A stretch of DNA of 43,820 bases, taken from NCBI GenBank assembly GCA_022813865.1, contig JALDZX010000099.1, positions 1 to 43,820 of the forward strand. Direction: 5' to 3'. Below are positions 11,444 to 22,920 of the stretch, piece by piece. A program made the position numbers and the translations under genes. The notes beneath the pieces are model-generated. The model did no database searches and was not told the DNA's origin. It worked only from the letters and a program-made list of their open reading frames with translations. Position 1 is the first letter of the stretch. Each line of letters opens with the position of its first letter. The stretch is from Xylographa opegraphella (Eukaryota).

Positions 11444-11648
11444 TCGAGCAAAAATATTCAAGTCTTCAGCTACCAGGTTATCCGGCGCGAGGGGGCCTCT
11501 CGCTCAATATGCAGCGTTGTGGAGAGCCAAGACCCCCTGGAGCTAAACTTAAATAGGAAATAAAGTACTGATCGGAGCGGATTATCTGCCTCATAGCGCC
11601 CGAAGTTCAATTTGGACCCCCTCATCCTTAGAGCAGCTACGCTGCAAT
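11444..11648 (+). repeat. Family B dispersed repeat, most complete copy (~205 bp), unclassified
   Basis: Homologous to 10047..10171 and to the split minus-strand copy; contains an internal inverted pair TGCAGCGT (11510..11517) / ACGCTGCA (11639..11646). Confidence 0.8.
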
Positions 11649-12285
11649 TATTCGTATCATAAAGCCTCTGCTTACCTATATTGAAGTCCATCCACTGGAA
11701 TAACCATGATCGAGACTCGGCAGAAACGGCAGTGTTATGTCATCTCAGCTGGGTGGCGTCACAAATTTAAAGTTCATAAACCAAAACAACAGATTCTTTT
11801 TCCGCACAACTATTGATTTTGTAACACTTGCGCTTTTCGTGCTCACCTATGCATTTCGGTTGCCCCACGATTGCTTGACTTGGAAGGTGATTATTATGTT
11901 TGTATACTAAGCCGAGGAATCCAATCTTTGAAACTTGCAAGTTGGTACGCTTACGATAGCTACCGTTTGACCTTTATCTTTCCAGCAAACGGGTCCATTA
12001 AGAGCACCACTGTACATTACGGGTTTTATCGAAGATCAACAATATCTATTTTACGCGACATTCACGTCATTACTTGAAAGTGACTTGATGTTTTCCCTGT
12101 AGCCACGGCCATGGTCCAGATCTGGACATCTGCGAAAAGTATGGATCAGGATCAATTGAGATCCAGATCACTCTAGGAATTCTGAGAGACTCACGTTGCC
12201 CACCAACCGCGACAATTGCTGCAAGGAGGCGCCTGGCAATCAGCTTGGTTCACGCATAAGCTGTCCTCCGTCGTGGTCAGGGATC

Positions 12286-15200
12286 ATGAGTTCATCCAAT
12301 CCCCCAACGCGGGCTCTTCCACCATGTCCACCACGTCCACCACTTGGTGACGCTACAACGCGAGTCAATAATCAGCAACCAGTCGAAGATTCTTATCAGT
12401 CCCTTGCTGTTATCTCACCAGATACTCTGCCTCATCATGACGATCACAAGCATGACAAGAATCTTCTAATACTCAACAAGCCGAGAGCTCTCAGGATTGC
12501 TGGGAACAAACATCTGACGACCATCGTGGACCAAGAACAGAAAGACTTGAATCGCCTATCTCAGATATCAAGTACGTCCACAAATACTCTTGGCAAGAGG
12601 AAGTGCAAAACCCATGTTGGACCGTGGCATCTCGGCAAGACTTTGGGCAAGGGGGCCACGGGGAGGGTGAGATATGCAAGACATCAGCTTACAGGGCAAT
12701 CGGCAGCCATCAAGATAGTTAGCAAAGTCCAGGCCGTGAAGATGCAAAGCAAGAGTATAGCGGCGATGGACGAGATCCTTGCGAATGGCCTGGTAACTTT
12801 GGACGGACCAAAAACAATGCCGTCTAGTATTGAAAGAGAGGTAATCGTTATGAAACTAATCGAGCATCCAAACATCATAAGTCTTTACGATGTGTGGGAA
12901 AATCGATGTGAAATGTCAGTCTTTCTTGTTGGCCGTTTCCTCAAAAGTAGACTAACGTGGATCAGATACCTGATTATGGAATTTGTTGAAGGCGGTGAAC
13001 TCTATGGACACATCGACAAACATAGACGGCTTACGGAGTATGAGTCAGTCCGTATATTTCGACAAATACTTTCTGGGCTTGCGTATTGCCACGGCTTGAA
13101 TATATACCATCGGGATCTCAAACCAGAAAACATTCTGTTGGATAAGGATAAGAACGTCAAGCTTGTCGACTTCGGAATGGCAGCACTACAGCCGCAGGGA
13201 AAGTGGCTGAAAACTTCTTGTGGCAGTCCACATTATGCTTCACCCGAAATCGCCTGGGGCCACAAGTATCGTGGTGCCCCTGCAGATGTATGGTCTTCTG
13301 GCGTGGTTCTATATGCCATGCTTGTTGGTCAACTCCCTTTTGGTACTGGACAGGAAGGCGAAGACCCAAGAGATGTGCTTAAGGAGGTTGTCAAGGCCGA
13401 AGTCCATTTGCCCGAAGACCTAAGCGAAGAAGCGAAAGACCTTATCGTAAGAATGCTACAGCTTAACCCGAATGACCGGATAACAGTTGAAGAAATATGG
13501 CAGCATCCACTCATGCGAAAATATGAGCCGTTTACAAGATACCAGACTCACTCATCAAAATGGATAGGCGGTCCACCAGCAGAGATTACCGAAGGAGACC
13601 GTGGAAAGCAAATGGAGAGCCGTATCGAGATTGACCGAGAGCTTCTGAGGAGCTTGTGTACCTTGTGGCAGTATACAGATGAGGAGATCTTGATTGCAAT
13701 ACTTCTTAGTAACCAGTAAGTGCAGGCCATCCAGTCGCACTATCATATACCACGTCGAGTTTATTAGTCTGACTACATACTGATAAATTTTAGACCATGC
13801 TACGAAAAGGTTTTTTACAGTAAACTAGTTAAGTATCGTGAGGAGCAGCTAGAGAACTATCAGGGATCGATACTTGAATTTTCAAATAGTGATTGTCATC
13901 ACATCAGCAAGCCTGGAATCAGGAGGTCCTCGATCCAACTCTATCCACAGACACCTGGCCATAGCGCCATATTTCGAGATACTCCATTTCAACAAATAGC
14001 GTTCGACGTCCTAGTCAAGCTCCTGCTCGACAATCGAGTGAGGCAGGAACAGAGCAGAGCTATGATCCATACAAATCCTCACGTCAACAAATGAGCCATA
14101 CAGAAGCCGATCATGCTATGATCACTGTCCTTCGAGGTCAATCAGACTCCTTACGTAGCCGGAGGACACCCAGTTGTGGTGCCCAATCACTCTGTATTTC
14201 CCACACTAGGAAGAGTCGAAAGTGGTACTGTTTACAGTATACCAAGTTCTCCGCCTCCACTACCGATGGATGCGAACGACCGGCTTTGCAAACTTCAAAG
14301 AGATAATGTAGCAAGAAACCACTCTAGGAGCTCCCTTACAAGTTCACACCGTTCTTCCCGGCAAGGTGAATCGATCGCAGCACGGGCGTCGCTCAGTTAC
14401 AAGCGCGGTGTGAGCTTCAATCATGCTGGTAAACGTTCTTCGAGTGTAATGAGCTCTTCGCCACGAATATCCCAAGCGAAGGTGGCCTTGACGTTACAGG
14501 AAAGGTATTTCAAAGACAGGTTTTCACAGTGTGGTCCTTCGTCTACAAAGAATAACAGTCCTCAGTCCAATCAATCTCAAGAGGCACACTTCCGCAAAGC
14601 AAAGTCGGCAAAATCATATGCTGAAGAAATCACTGCTAGGAAGTTCAAGAGGGGTAGTCAATATTGGAAAGAAGACGCTCGGAAGGTCAGTAGCGAGCTA
14701 GAGAATCTTTGCGATGAAGCATTCAATCCGCCATTTGCGCCTGTAGAGCCGCACGACGTCTCAAAACTCAAGGATGAGCGACATGCAATATATGAAGAGG
14801 TTCAAACAACCCAGGTCGCTAATGAAGCTCGATTGGCCTCGTCTTCTATCATGTCGCCGCAGTGCACGGCGCCTGGTACCACTGAGAAGAGCAAGTCTCG
14901 AGAGCGACCGCTTCCAAGGCCTTCCTTGAAAGATCAGATAGAGAGCAAAGCGAAAGACGAATTGACCAAGGCAAGAGATCTGCTAAAGAGGCGAGCAGAA
15001 GATCTTACCCCTGGTGCTCTGGACGAAATAATAGCGCAAATAGATCGCTTGATGCAGCAGAATAGTCTTGGACTTTCTGATCAGGAATACCGAAGACGGG
15101 TCACTTCCGTGCCTGCCAGATCCGTAGATCCCAGACTTCTGTCACCAGTCAAAGAAACTGACGAGAGGAATCGACATCGGGTTGCAGATGTCTCAACAGA

Positions 15201-16655
15201 CCAAAGCCATCATGGTCCTCGTATTGCTTCGGAGCCAATCCCAACTGAATATAGTAAGTTGACGTTTAGAACAGAACGCGATGGAAGTAGGCCGAGAATA
15301 CGGTTAGCGGATCTCGACACTGTGCCCCGTCCCGAGCCATTAGTGATTCGCAGACATAGTGATGATCTTGCCAATACGGAGAAAGTTATTAAGAAGAAAA
15401 GCTCTTTGGAACAGCTATTCAAATCAGTCACCCACAGTGGGAAAGCACAATCCCCTCTTGACGAGGCAATACTAAGACCTAAGACGAGGCTAGGCTACAA
15501 TGGCGACCGCGATTCCGGAAATCAGAGTCTTCTCGATCCCATTATAGAGACCGAAAACAAAGAAAACGAGGACCCAGCGTACGCAAAGAGGCACTCAGCT
15601 GGCTTGGATAGTAAGAAATGGCCGTGGTTCAAAAAATATCGGACAGATCTAGGCAGTGTAGCTAGAGATCCACCCCCGACTCCGCCTTTGAAGAATGAAT
15701 GGATGGTTAAAGAAGAGTATAAGAACCGTGTTATACAGGAACAGCGTACGTCCGAAATGCTCATCGAGGACTCGAGTCAAAGTGAGCATAAGCAAGGAAC
15801 ATTTGGGAGACGTAAATTCTTCAAGATCTTTGGTATGAGAGATACGAAAGGGTCACCCGATACTTCTAAGCTAGCACTGACAGGTAACTCAAAACCCTCT
15901 GATACAGTACATACCTTCGAGACACTGATCCTGCGGCCTTTCATAGGTCGAGATCTGGACGATACTGAGAGTATCAATCGCTCTAGCACCACTTCCACTG
16001 CCCGGACAAGCAGGCAACTGGACACCGACGCTACCTCCAGGGTCAGTCTTCGCCACGACCGATCGCGAAAATGCTCTAATGATATACCCATTGCTCGACG
16101 GGTCCAGCCTCGACCACAGAATTGGGTCGCTCGTTTCCTGCACATTAAGCCTGCAAGCAAGGTCTTCGCTTTTCAAGTCTCGAGCATAAAAGCCCGAAAG
16201 GACATCGCGAGTATCTTGCGTGATTGGAAACGCTATGGCATACGAGACGTGGTAGTCGATAAAGTTGCTGGGAGACTATGGGCACGTGTCGCACAAGAAA
16301 ACCGTATGTTATACCCTTTTACTACATTTCAAAGGTCATTGCCACCGCCACCCCATCTCATCAAAGCAGGACTTTGTTAGTTTATAACACGGAGATCATG
16401 CTTGGCTACCCATATCGTTCTTCTCAACTAGTTCTCGATATCAAGCCAGTCGCGCTGGCCCTTGAGCTCTTCCCCATCTTTGTACGAGGCCGCCGTGCCA
16501 ACTTATCTGTTGGTCGCTTCACCCAGGAGACGGGCGCAAAATCAAGCTTCGAGCGCGTAATTGTAGCTTTGGAGGAGGTGCTGAGACGGAGAGGCCGCTT
16601 GATAAAAGAGAAGAAGCGGGCGCGGGAAATGGCGAGATGCTTGTATGGAAGGTAA
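12286..16655 (+). CDS. GIN4: Gin4/Hsl1/Cdr2 (Nim1-related) Ser/Thr kinase with C-terminal KA1-type domain; reading frame broken near 13963 and again at ~14122-14230
   Basis: Kinase motifs LGKGATGRV, AAIK, HRDLKPEN, DFG, TSCGSPHYASPE. Introns 12915..12965, 13716..13793, 15884..15946 (likely), 16304..16431. C-terminal QNWVARFLHIKPA...RFTQETGAKSSFERV. Stop TAA 16653..16655. Confidence 0.85.
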
Positions 16656-18587
16656 AGTAGTGTGTTCAGCCCTGGCCAAAGGTAAGGCAGGTGGGAGAGG
16701 TGGAGATTTGAGAACGATTTGGGGTTAGACTACGAGAATGGCCAAAGAAGTGCAGCAAGCGACTGAAAGATCATGGAACCTATGAAATGAAAGCAGCCTT
16801 GGACACGATGTACGGCAGGTTGGTAAGGCAGCAGATTTGGATGCGTGGGAGAGGGCTGAGTTGATATCGTTGTCATTTTTGTGGCGAGCGACTGCGGGAT
16901 AGAATCTGGACTCGATAACTGATGATTGGGTTCAAGCAAGGTAGAAGAACGAGGACCACTGCGTTACATTAAGAAGTTTTGCAACCATGACTTGTAGCCG
17001 AAGCCGCTTCTGAAGGTGGTGGCGAACGTCCACGAATCAAAGTCGGCGGTAAACCCGTTCGTGTGGACGCATTTCTTTTCCCAGAGTCTTCTTTATTTAT
17101 GCTATTTGACGAAGATGGTAGCAAATCCTTGCCATCCAGCACCTTCGGTCGTACCCCCTCCGCCCCCCCTCCTTCCCCCGTTCCCGCCAACCCCCACACC
17201 CCTCCTCCCCCTCCTCTCCTCCAGATAGATCCCGCATGTCTTGGTGAGAGGAATTGCGGCCATCGCGCGGTCCGCATCACGCACGCTTGTTCCTCCTCCT
17301 CCTCCTCGTCGGCCGTGCTCGAAACCCACTTCACCACTGCATAAGAGCAGCCGTGACGCGCACAGTGGGCTGTGGCATGGGAATACTACGCCGGAGACAC
17401 CAAAGGCCGTTTCCTATCACCCGACACAAAACGGTGGGCAGGATCTTCCCCCTCCCTTGCCGGCAGCCGCCGTGCCTGGCAATTCGGTTGTGAAGGTTAC
17501 GGACCAGATTGAGTTCAGACGAGAAGTCGGTAGAAGCAGCAATATAATATTACCAACTACGGAAAACATGATCGAATGAATACAGAGTGCCCCCGATCCA
17601 ATTCCGATCCAGTCCTCCTCCTCCTCGTCACCCATGGCCGTATCGTGCCCCTCATTTTCCCATCACCTCAGACCCTCTTGCCTGCGTGACCACGTGATGC
17701 CATGCCTCGAGACGCCAGGACAGGCGGGATGGAGACGAACCGCGCTCCTCGTGGTGGGTTGTTCTTGCGGTCTTTCCTATCCTGCTTCTTACAATCGATG
17801 CTATGCAAGGAGTAAGTCTGCGCGGTGTATAGCGAACGGTAGCGACAAGAGCCAAAAGTGATTCATAAATCCCAAAACTATGACCGCAAAATTAAGAGCC
17901 CAAATAAACCGCGAATGTCAAAACAAGAAAACCAAACGGAGAAGTCAAAGTAGTTTCTCAGCATGATGAAATAACCCTCCCGACCCATCAAAACGTCCAA
18001 GAACCCAACGCCAGAAGCTTCTCCGCCTGAGCGTTCAGACATCAACCGAAGCCGATCCTGATGTTATCCGCATTATCTCCGTCCCATGATATGATGGATA
18101 TTTTTCTTTTGTGACCGCCCATGAAGCGCCTCCAAAGCGCCACGCTACAGCATCGAGAAAAGGGATTAGAATTACACATCAAGAGTATGTCTGCCATTCG
18201 TACATGATCGCGCAGAAAGCAAATATTCGTCTGAGCTGTGTCTGTGTGCGTGTAGGATATCGGCACCAGCCAGTAGTAGTTCAGGTAGCGGCCGCGCAAG
18301 CTAGAATCTGCAGACCAAGGAAGAGTTTATGCAAGAAGTTGTCGATACGCCTGGTCTTACCATTGTGCTTATACTACCCACTGTACTTCTTGAGCGGTGA
18401 GAGTTCCGGTTGGAAGGGTCCATGTCGGCTACCGGCCAGCTCCAAGGAATCGGTGTAAATGCGATGTGCATGAAATTCCCGTCCGCCGCTTAACGGATCT
18501 GGAGGTGAGGCTGATCGTACAGAGACGGGGACAGTCGTGAACACGTAGATCTGGAGCGAAGCTGGAGGCTTCCAGAATCGGGTAGGC

Positions 18588-20004
18588 CTAGTTGTTGCCG
18601 CTCAGCATCGAGCTATCCTCCTCATCGCTGTCCATCTGTTCCGACTTTGCGATGGGCGAATTGGACTCTTCCTTCCTTCCCAGGCCGGCCGCGAGTGCTT
18701 TGCCGCAGCCTTTTACCAAGATGTGTCTCTGGCGCTTTGTGTCAGCAAATGGGTTGGGGTAGGTTTGGGAGATGGACATCGGGGTGAGAACAGACCTTGA
18801 GTGCATCTTTCCTCGAAAAGCTCTTCTCACAATGGCCGCACGGAAATGGCTTTACAGCCAAATGGATCCGCTTATGCCTTTTCAGGTCATGGTTGCGGTT
18901 GAAACTCTGGGGGCACTGATCACACTTGAACGGGCGATCGTTCGGTGGCGCTTGCGGTTGGTTGCCGTACATTTGCATGTGAGCGACATGGCCGCTGTTG
19001 AACGGGGGTATCATGCCTCCCATCCCGCTCACGAGCTGCAGATTACCTCCAGGGCTATGAAGGTTGGACATGACTGGGCCGGGCATGCCGGACATGCCCG
19101 GTAGCGGGTAATTGTAAGGTCGTGGATACTGCACTTGCTGTGCGGATAACGGCTGCATCATAGGAGGTTGCGTCGACGTTGGCGAGAGTTTGGGCCCCGC
19201 ACTCATGGGGCTCTGTTGATGAGGAGATGGAATGGTAAAGGCCGGGAAATGGGTTTGATGCGGAGTGGACGATGGATTCGATCCATTGTAATACGTCGGT
19301 GTCGGAGGTGGACGTTGCATGTACGCTTCCGCCGGGTTTCCCGGGGATGGCTGAGTAGTGACCGCTGGCATTGGTGTCTGTGCGTTGATGAAACTCAACT
19401 GTGGGTGTGGCTGAGGAGCCGGAGCGGGAACGCCCCCGGAACCAGACATCGAGCTTGTTGAAAATGGTGGGAGCGAGGAGAACTCGTATGGTGGAGGCGG
19501 AGGCAGACCATCCGAGGTCGCGGGGGAGTTGGTGTTGTTCCGGACCATCGTATTGAGCGAGGGAGAGAAAAGTCCCCTTGGCGGAGGAAAGAGAGGGTTG
19601 CTGAAAGCGTTTTGTGACCACGGCTGTGGAGTGTTCCCCGTCGGGAACGCGAATGGTGTCAAGCCGCTGCCGGGTAAGGGCCAATAACCGTTCGGAGTAA
19701 AGGGCGGTTGACCGTGGCTGGCCGCAGTGACGTTGCCGCTGCTGGCACCCGATAGCATCGGAGTGAGGCTGTCGCCCGGTACTTGGCCGGGAGGGGTCAG
19801 CAAGTTCCCCGGGTTGAACACGCCTTGTCCCATTTGAGGCACAGCGACGGTGGAGATTGGAGCGAACTTTCCCGACAGCGGAGGCGGGGGGAGTTCAAAA
19901 TTCGGGAGATTCGAAGCAGCACTCCGGCGAGCGGTAAAGCTTGATGGGGCTGCCATCGGCTCCATGTTCGAGCTCATACCGGGCTGCTGCATGACGGTCG
20001 TCAT
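18588..20004 (-). CDS. C2H2 zinc-finger transcription factor (two C-terminal fingers, Pro/Ser-rich N-terminus)
   Basis: RPFKCDQCPQSFNRNHDLKRHKRIHLAVKPFPCGHCEKSFSRKDALK|RHILVKGC across intron 18729..18795. First in-frame ATG at 20004; the frame stays open up to 20346 (possible ACG start at 20289). Confidence 0.92.
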
Positions 20005-21006
20005 TGTGTATGGCTGTCTCGTCCCGGTCGACGGCTTGTATGGATCGCTCTCCAGACCTGGCGGAGTGGGGAGTGTATGTACGGGAGGATTTGATAATGA
20101 CGAGGAAGCCGAACCAGGCCAGTATTGACCGGCCTGCGTTTGTGTGAAATCCAGCGAGGGCAACTTCGATCTGGAGCCCAGCGCGGGCTTCAGCACGGGC
20201 GAATAGCCTTCCGATATTGATCCGCCAGTAAGGGTCGGCGGAAGTCGAAGGAGGAGGCTACCTACTGGATTCTCGAAAAGGGTCGCCGTGGTGGATGGGT
20301 TCTGAAATGAAATGTCTAAAGAAGTTCGATACTGCTGCGGTGGGTTTCAATAGCAGACTCGAGCGAATGCTTTGTCCTGAAAGACACCCGTCGACCTTGT
20401 TAGGTCCAGCTTTGTTCGACCAGCTCCCGTGCACACGACGGCCGTGTCTCCGATGGCAACGCAATCCAATCCACCTTTCACGTCAAATCGGGTACAAGGT
20501 AGGATTGTGACGGGCGTGTGGAGGAATGGCACGCGAAAGGCAGTGGATCGCAGTGTGGTCGAGCCGAGAGATTGACGTGGACGCGCTGAAGCAGGTGAAG
20601 TGAAGTCGAGGCTACCTACCGTTCACGAAGCCTGCGAGGGTTGGTGATGCAGAACGAAGCGATGGCAACAATGCGGACGATTGAAGATATGGCTAGGATG
20701 TTTCTTGGTCGCTTCAGTTGCGGAGGGCAAGCTCTGGGCCCAGGATTGTGGTCGACGGCGGGCGATCGCAACGAGATCCCGGTTTTGAGTTTGAGGATGA
20801 TCTTCGCTGTGGACGACGAGACCGAGATTGCTTGGAATATGGGATGAGCGCAGGCGCAACACTGGTGGGCCCCTTGTTGCTCGCACCTCTGCCGGTCGGG
20901 AGAGGAGTCGCAGATTCCTGGGAGCTGTGAAGCGTTAGGTCTTTGTGTTTGTCTTCTGGCGGTCGAGCTTGTCTCCCGGGCCTGGCGCTCTTAGAGGAAC
21001 GGAAGG

Positions 21007-21123
21007 CGGTAGGGTTAGGGGGGAGGAGGAGGGGAGGGGAGGGGAAGGCTGGACGCGGGCCTCTCGCGAAGGGGTTAGGGGGGGGGACGGTGGAGGGTTA
21101 GGGGGGGAGGGGGAGGGGGGAGG
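21007..21123 (+). promoter_or_regulatory. G-run tract (G-quadruplex-prone) with three GGGTTAGGG units upstream of the C2H2 gene
   Basis: Many runs of 3 or more G; TTAGGG at 21015, 21075 and 21098. Regulatory role is inferred. Confidence 0.4.
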
Positions 21124-21484
21124 AGATGCGGTACGCACGAGACTTTTTGTAGTAGTGTGCGAGGGCTTTGTGTTGAGTTGATTGCCGGCTTCCAATGCTT
21201 TCGCGTGGGATGAGAGATCCCTTTCATTTGCTCCCCGAACGCGCTAAGATGATAGCTGTGGCCCAAAAGGGGAGTGTGGACGGGAGGTAGGGAAGAGCAG
21301 GGGCCGTGGGCGTGGTGTGTGGGATGGGAAAGTGATCTGAGGGTCCCACGCAGGCGACGCTGCCCACCAGGCGACACGATCCAGCACCAGGCGCGTGCGC
21401 CAGACCAAAAGTGAGAGAAGGAGGGGGGCGAAGCGAAAGATGGACGTCCAACACAGTGACTGTACGAGTCCGTAAGACCGTGGA

Positions 21485-21511
21485 GAAGAAGAAGAAGAAG
21501 AAGAAGAAGAA
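21485..21511 (+). repeat. (GAA)9 microsatellite
   Basis: Read directly from the sequence. Confidence 0.9.
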
Positions 21512-22889
21512 CAAGAAAATTATGATCAATGCTGTCGGTCGATATCTTAATGGACCTACCTTACCTGGCCTTACCTTTCGAGTGGAGTTTCTTGATCGAG
21601 GCAGCCTGCATCGGCCTCTGCATCTGACAGCGCGTCGTGGTTGGCTCCGAGCCGATCGAGGAACAAGGTTGAGTGCAGCTGCATCACCAATACTTTCCGG
21701 GGGGTGGTGCCCCAGGGAGAGTGCCGGGCTAAGGTAGTTGGCTGGAGTGACGACGGTGATTGGGCCCCGCAACGCAAGGGCCCAAAGGGGGGAGGGGGCA
21801 AGAGACACACGAGCTAAGCAGCGTCACGCAGTAGGTAGCGTGGAAGACCGACCTGGCCCCTTCGGAATTGCAGATGGGAGATGTGCGAACTCGCTTGCCA
21901 GAATAAGGTAGGGTAGGGTAGGGTAGAGAAGTACTGCCTGATGCAGTCGTAGAGCACGGAGTAAGGTACCTGATCGTACTCGACATCCGACTGCTTACTC
22001 CTACCTACCGTCGAGTATGTCCCGAGAGCAGGCGGCGGGAATGGCTTGGGCCCTCGGGCACGGCGGAGACTTTGGGTTCGAGACAAGAAGACTGCCAAGA
22101 ATACGGTGCTCGAAAAGGGATTAGTGTCGCGGGAGATGAACAGCCGCATATCACCCACTCTTCCTCGGTCCGATCGTGCGGTCCCGATAGACTACGGTGC
22201 ACGCGTAATAATAATAATGATCACCAGAAACAACAGCTGAGCATCCGAGAAGAGCCGTACTGGGTATGCTACCTTTATACGTCCTAATCCAGGAGCGGGC
22301 GTCATGCGCGCGACCATTCCGACTCTCTTTCGAGACCCGCCCACTTATTGCCCGATCCTCCATTATTCTCTTCCCCTCCCCATAAGATCCTTCTCCTCCA
22401 CCACCCGTGCACTCAGACTGTTCCGGAAAAAGCACGCGCACGATCGTCGGATCTCGAAGCTTCGTCGGTTGTGAAGTATGGCGCCTCCGGTTCGTGTCAA
22501 GATGAATTGCCCGTCGTGCTGCTCTCACGACATGCGGTGAATAATGCCGCGGGCGTTCTGCAGAAATCCATGATTGCCAGAGCCATCCTCGTCGAGGGCG
22601 GAATCATGGTGACTGGTAACAGTCCACACTCGACGGGAAACATCATCCGTTCGTTTGACGGGGACATCGCGCGGCCAGCGATGATTGGAGCATCTCCCTT
22701 CACGAAGCGGCGCTTGGCATGCCCGCTTCGAACTGATTACCACGGTTGTTACCCACGAGCCTCGAGGATTCCGCAAGACAGTGTGAGCTGCAGAGTATCT
22801 TGGTAGTCTACTGTTAGTGGTCCCAGGGATCATCTGCATGATCGTCCGTGGATGCCAGCCGCCAAAGGGCACACTAGTGACTCTATCCC

Positions 22890-22920
22890 CCAGGCTCCAG
22901 GCTCCAGGCTCCAGGCTCCA
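22890..22920 (+). repeat. (CCAGGCT)4 tandem repeat
   Basis: Read directly from the sequence. Confidence 0.9.

Noticed and set aside
5831..11691. Small ORFs sharing CSVAA(I/L)RMRGSK (5831..6022 and 11470..11691) as a peptide family
   Set aside because: The similarity is only the family B repeat read in the same frame; sequences outside the repeat are unrelated.
11686..11712. Faint resemblance to the 5' part of fungal 5S rRNA (CCATCCACTGGAATAAC)
   Set aside because: Match is too short and the rest of the 5S sequence is absent.
16960..18460. Pro/Gly-rich overlapping ORFs between the kinase and the C2H2 gene
   Set aside because: Low-complexity GC-rich DNA, mostly non-ATG starts, no domain or consistent splice structure.
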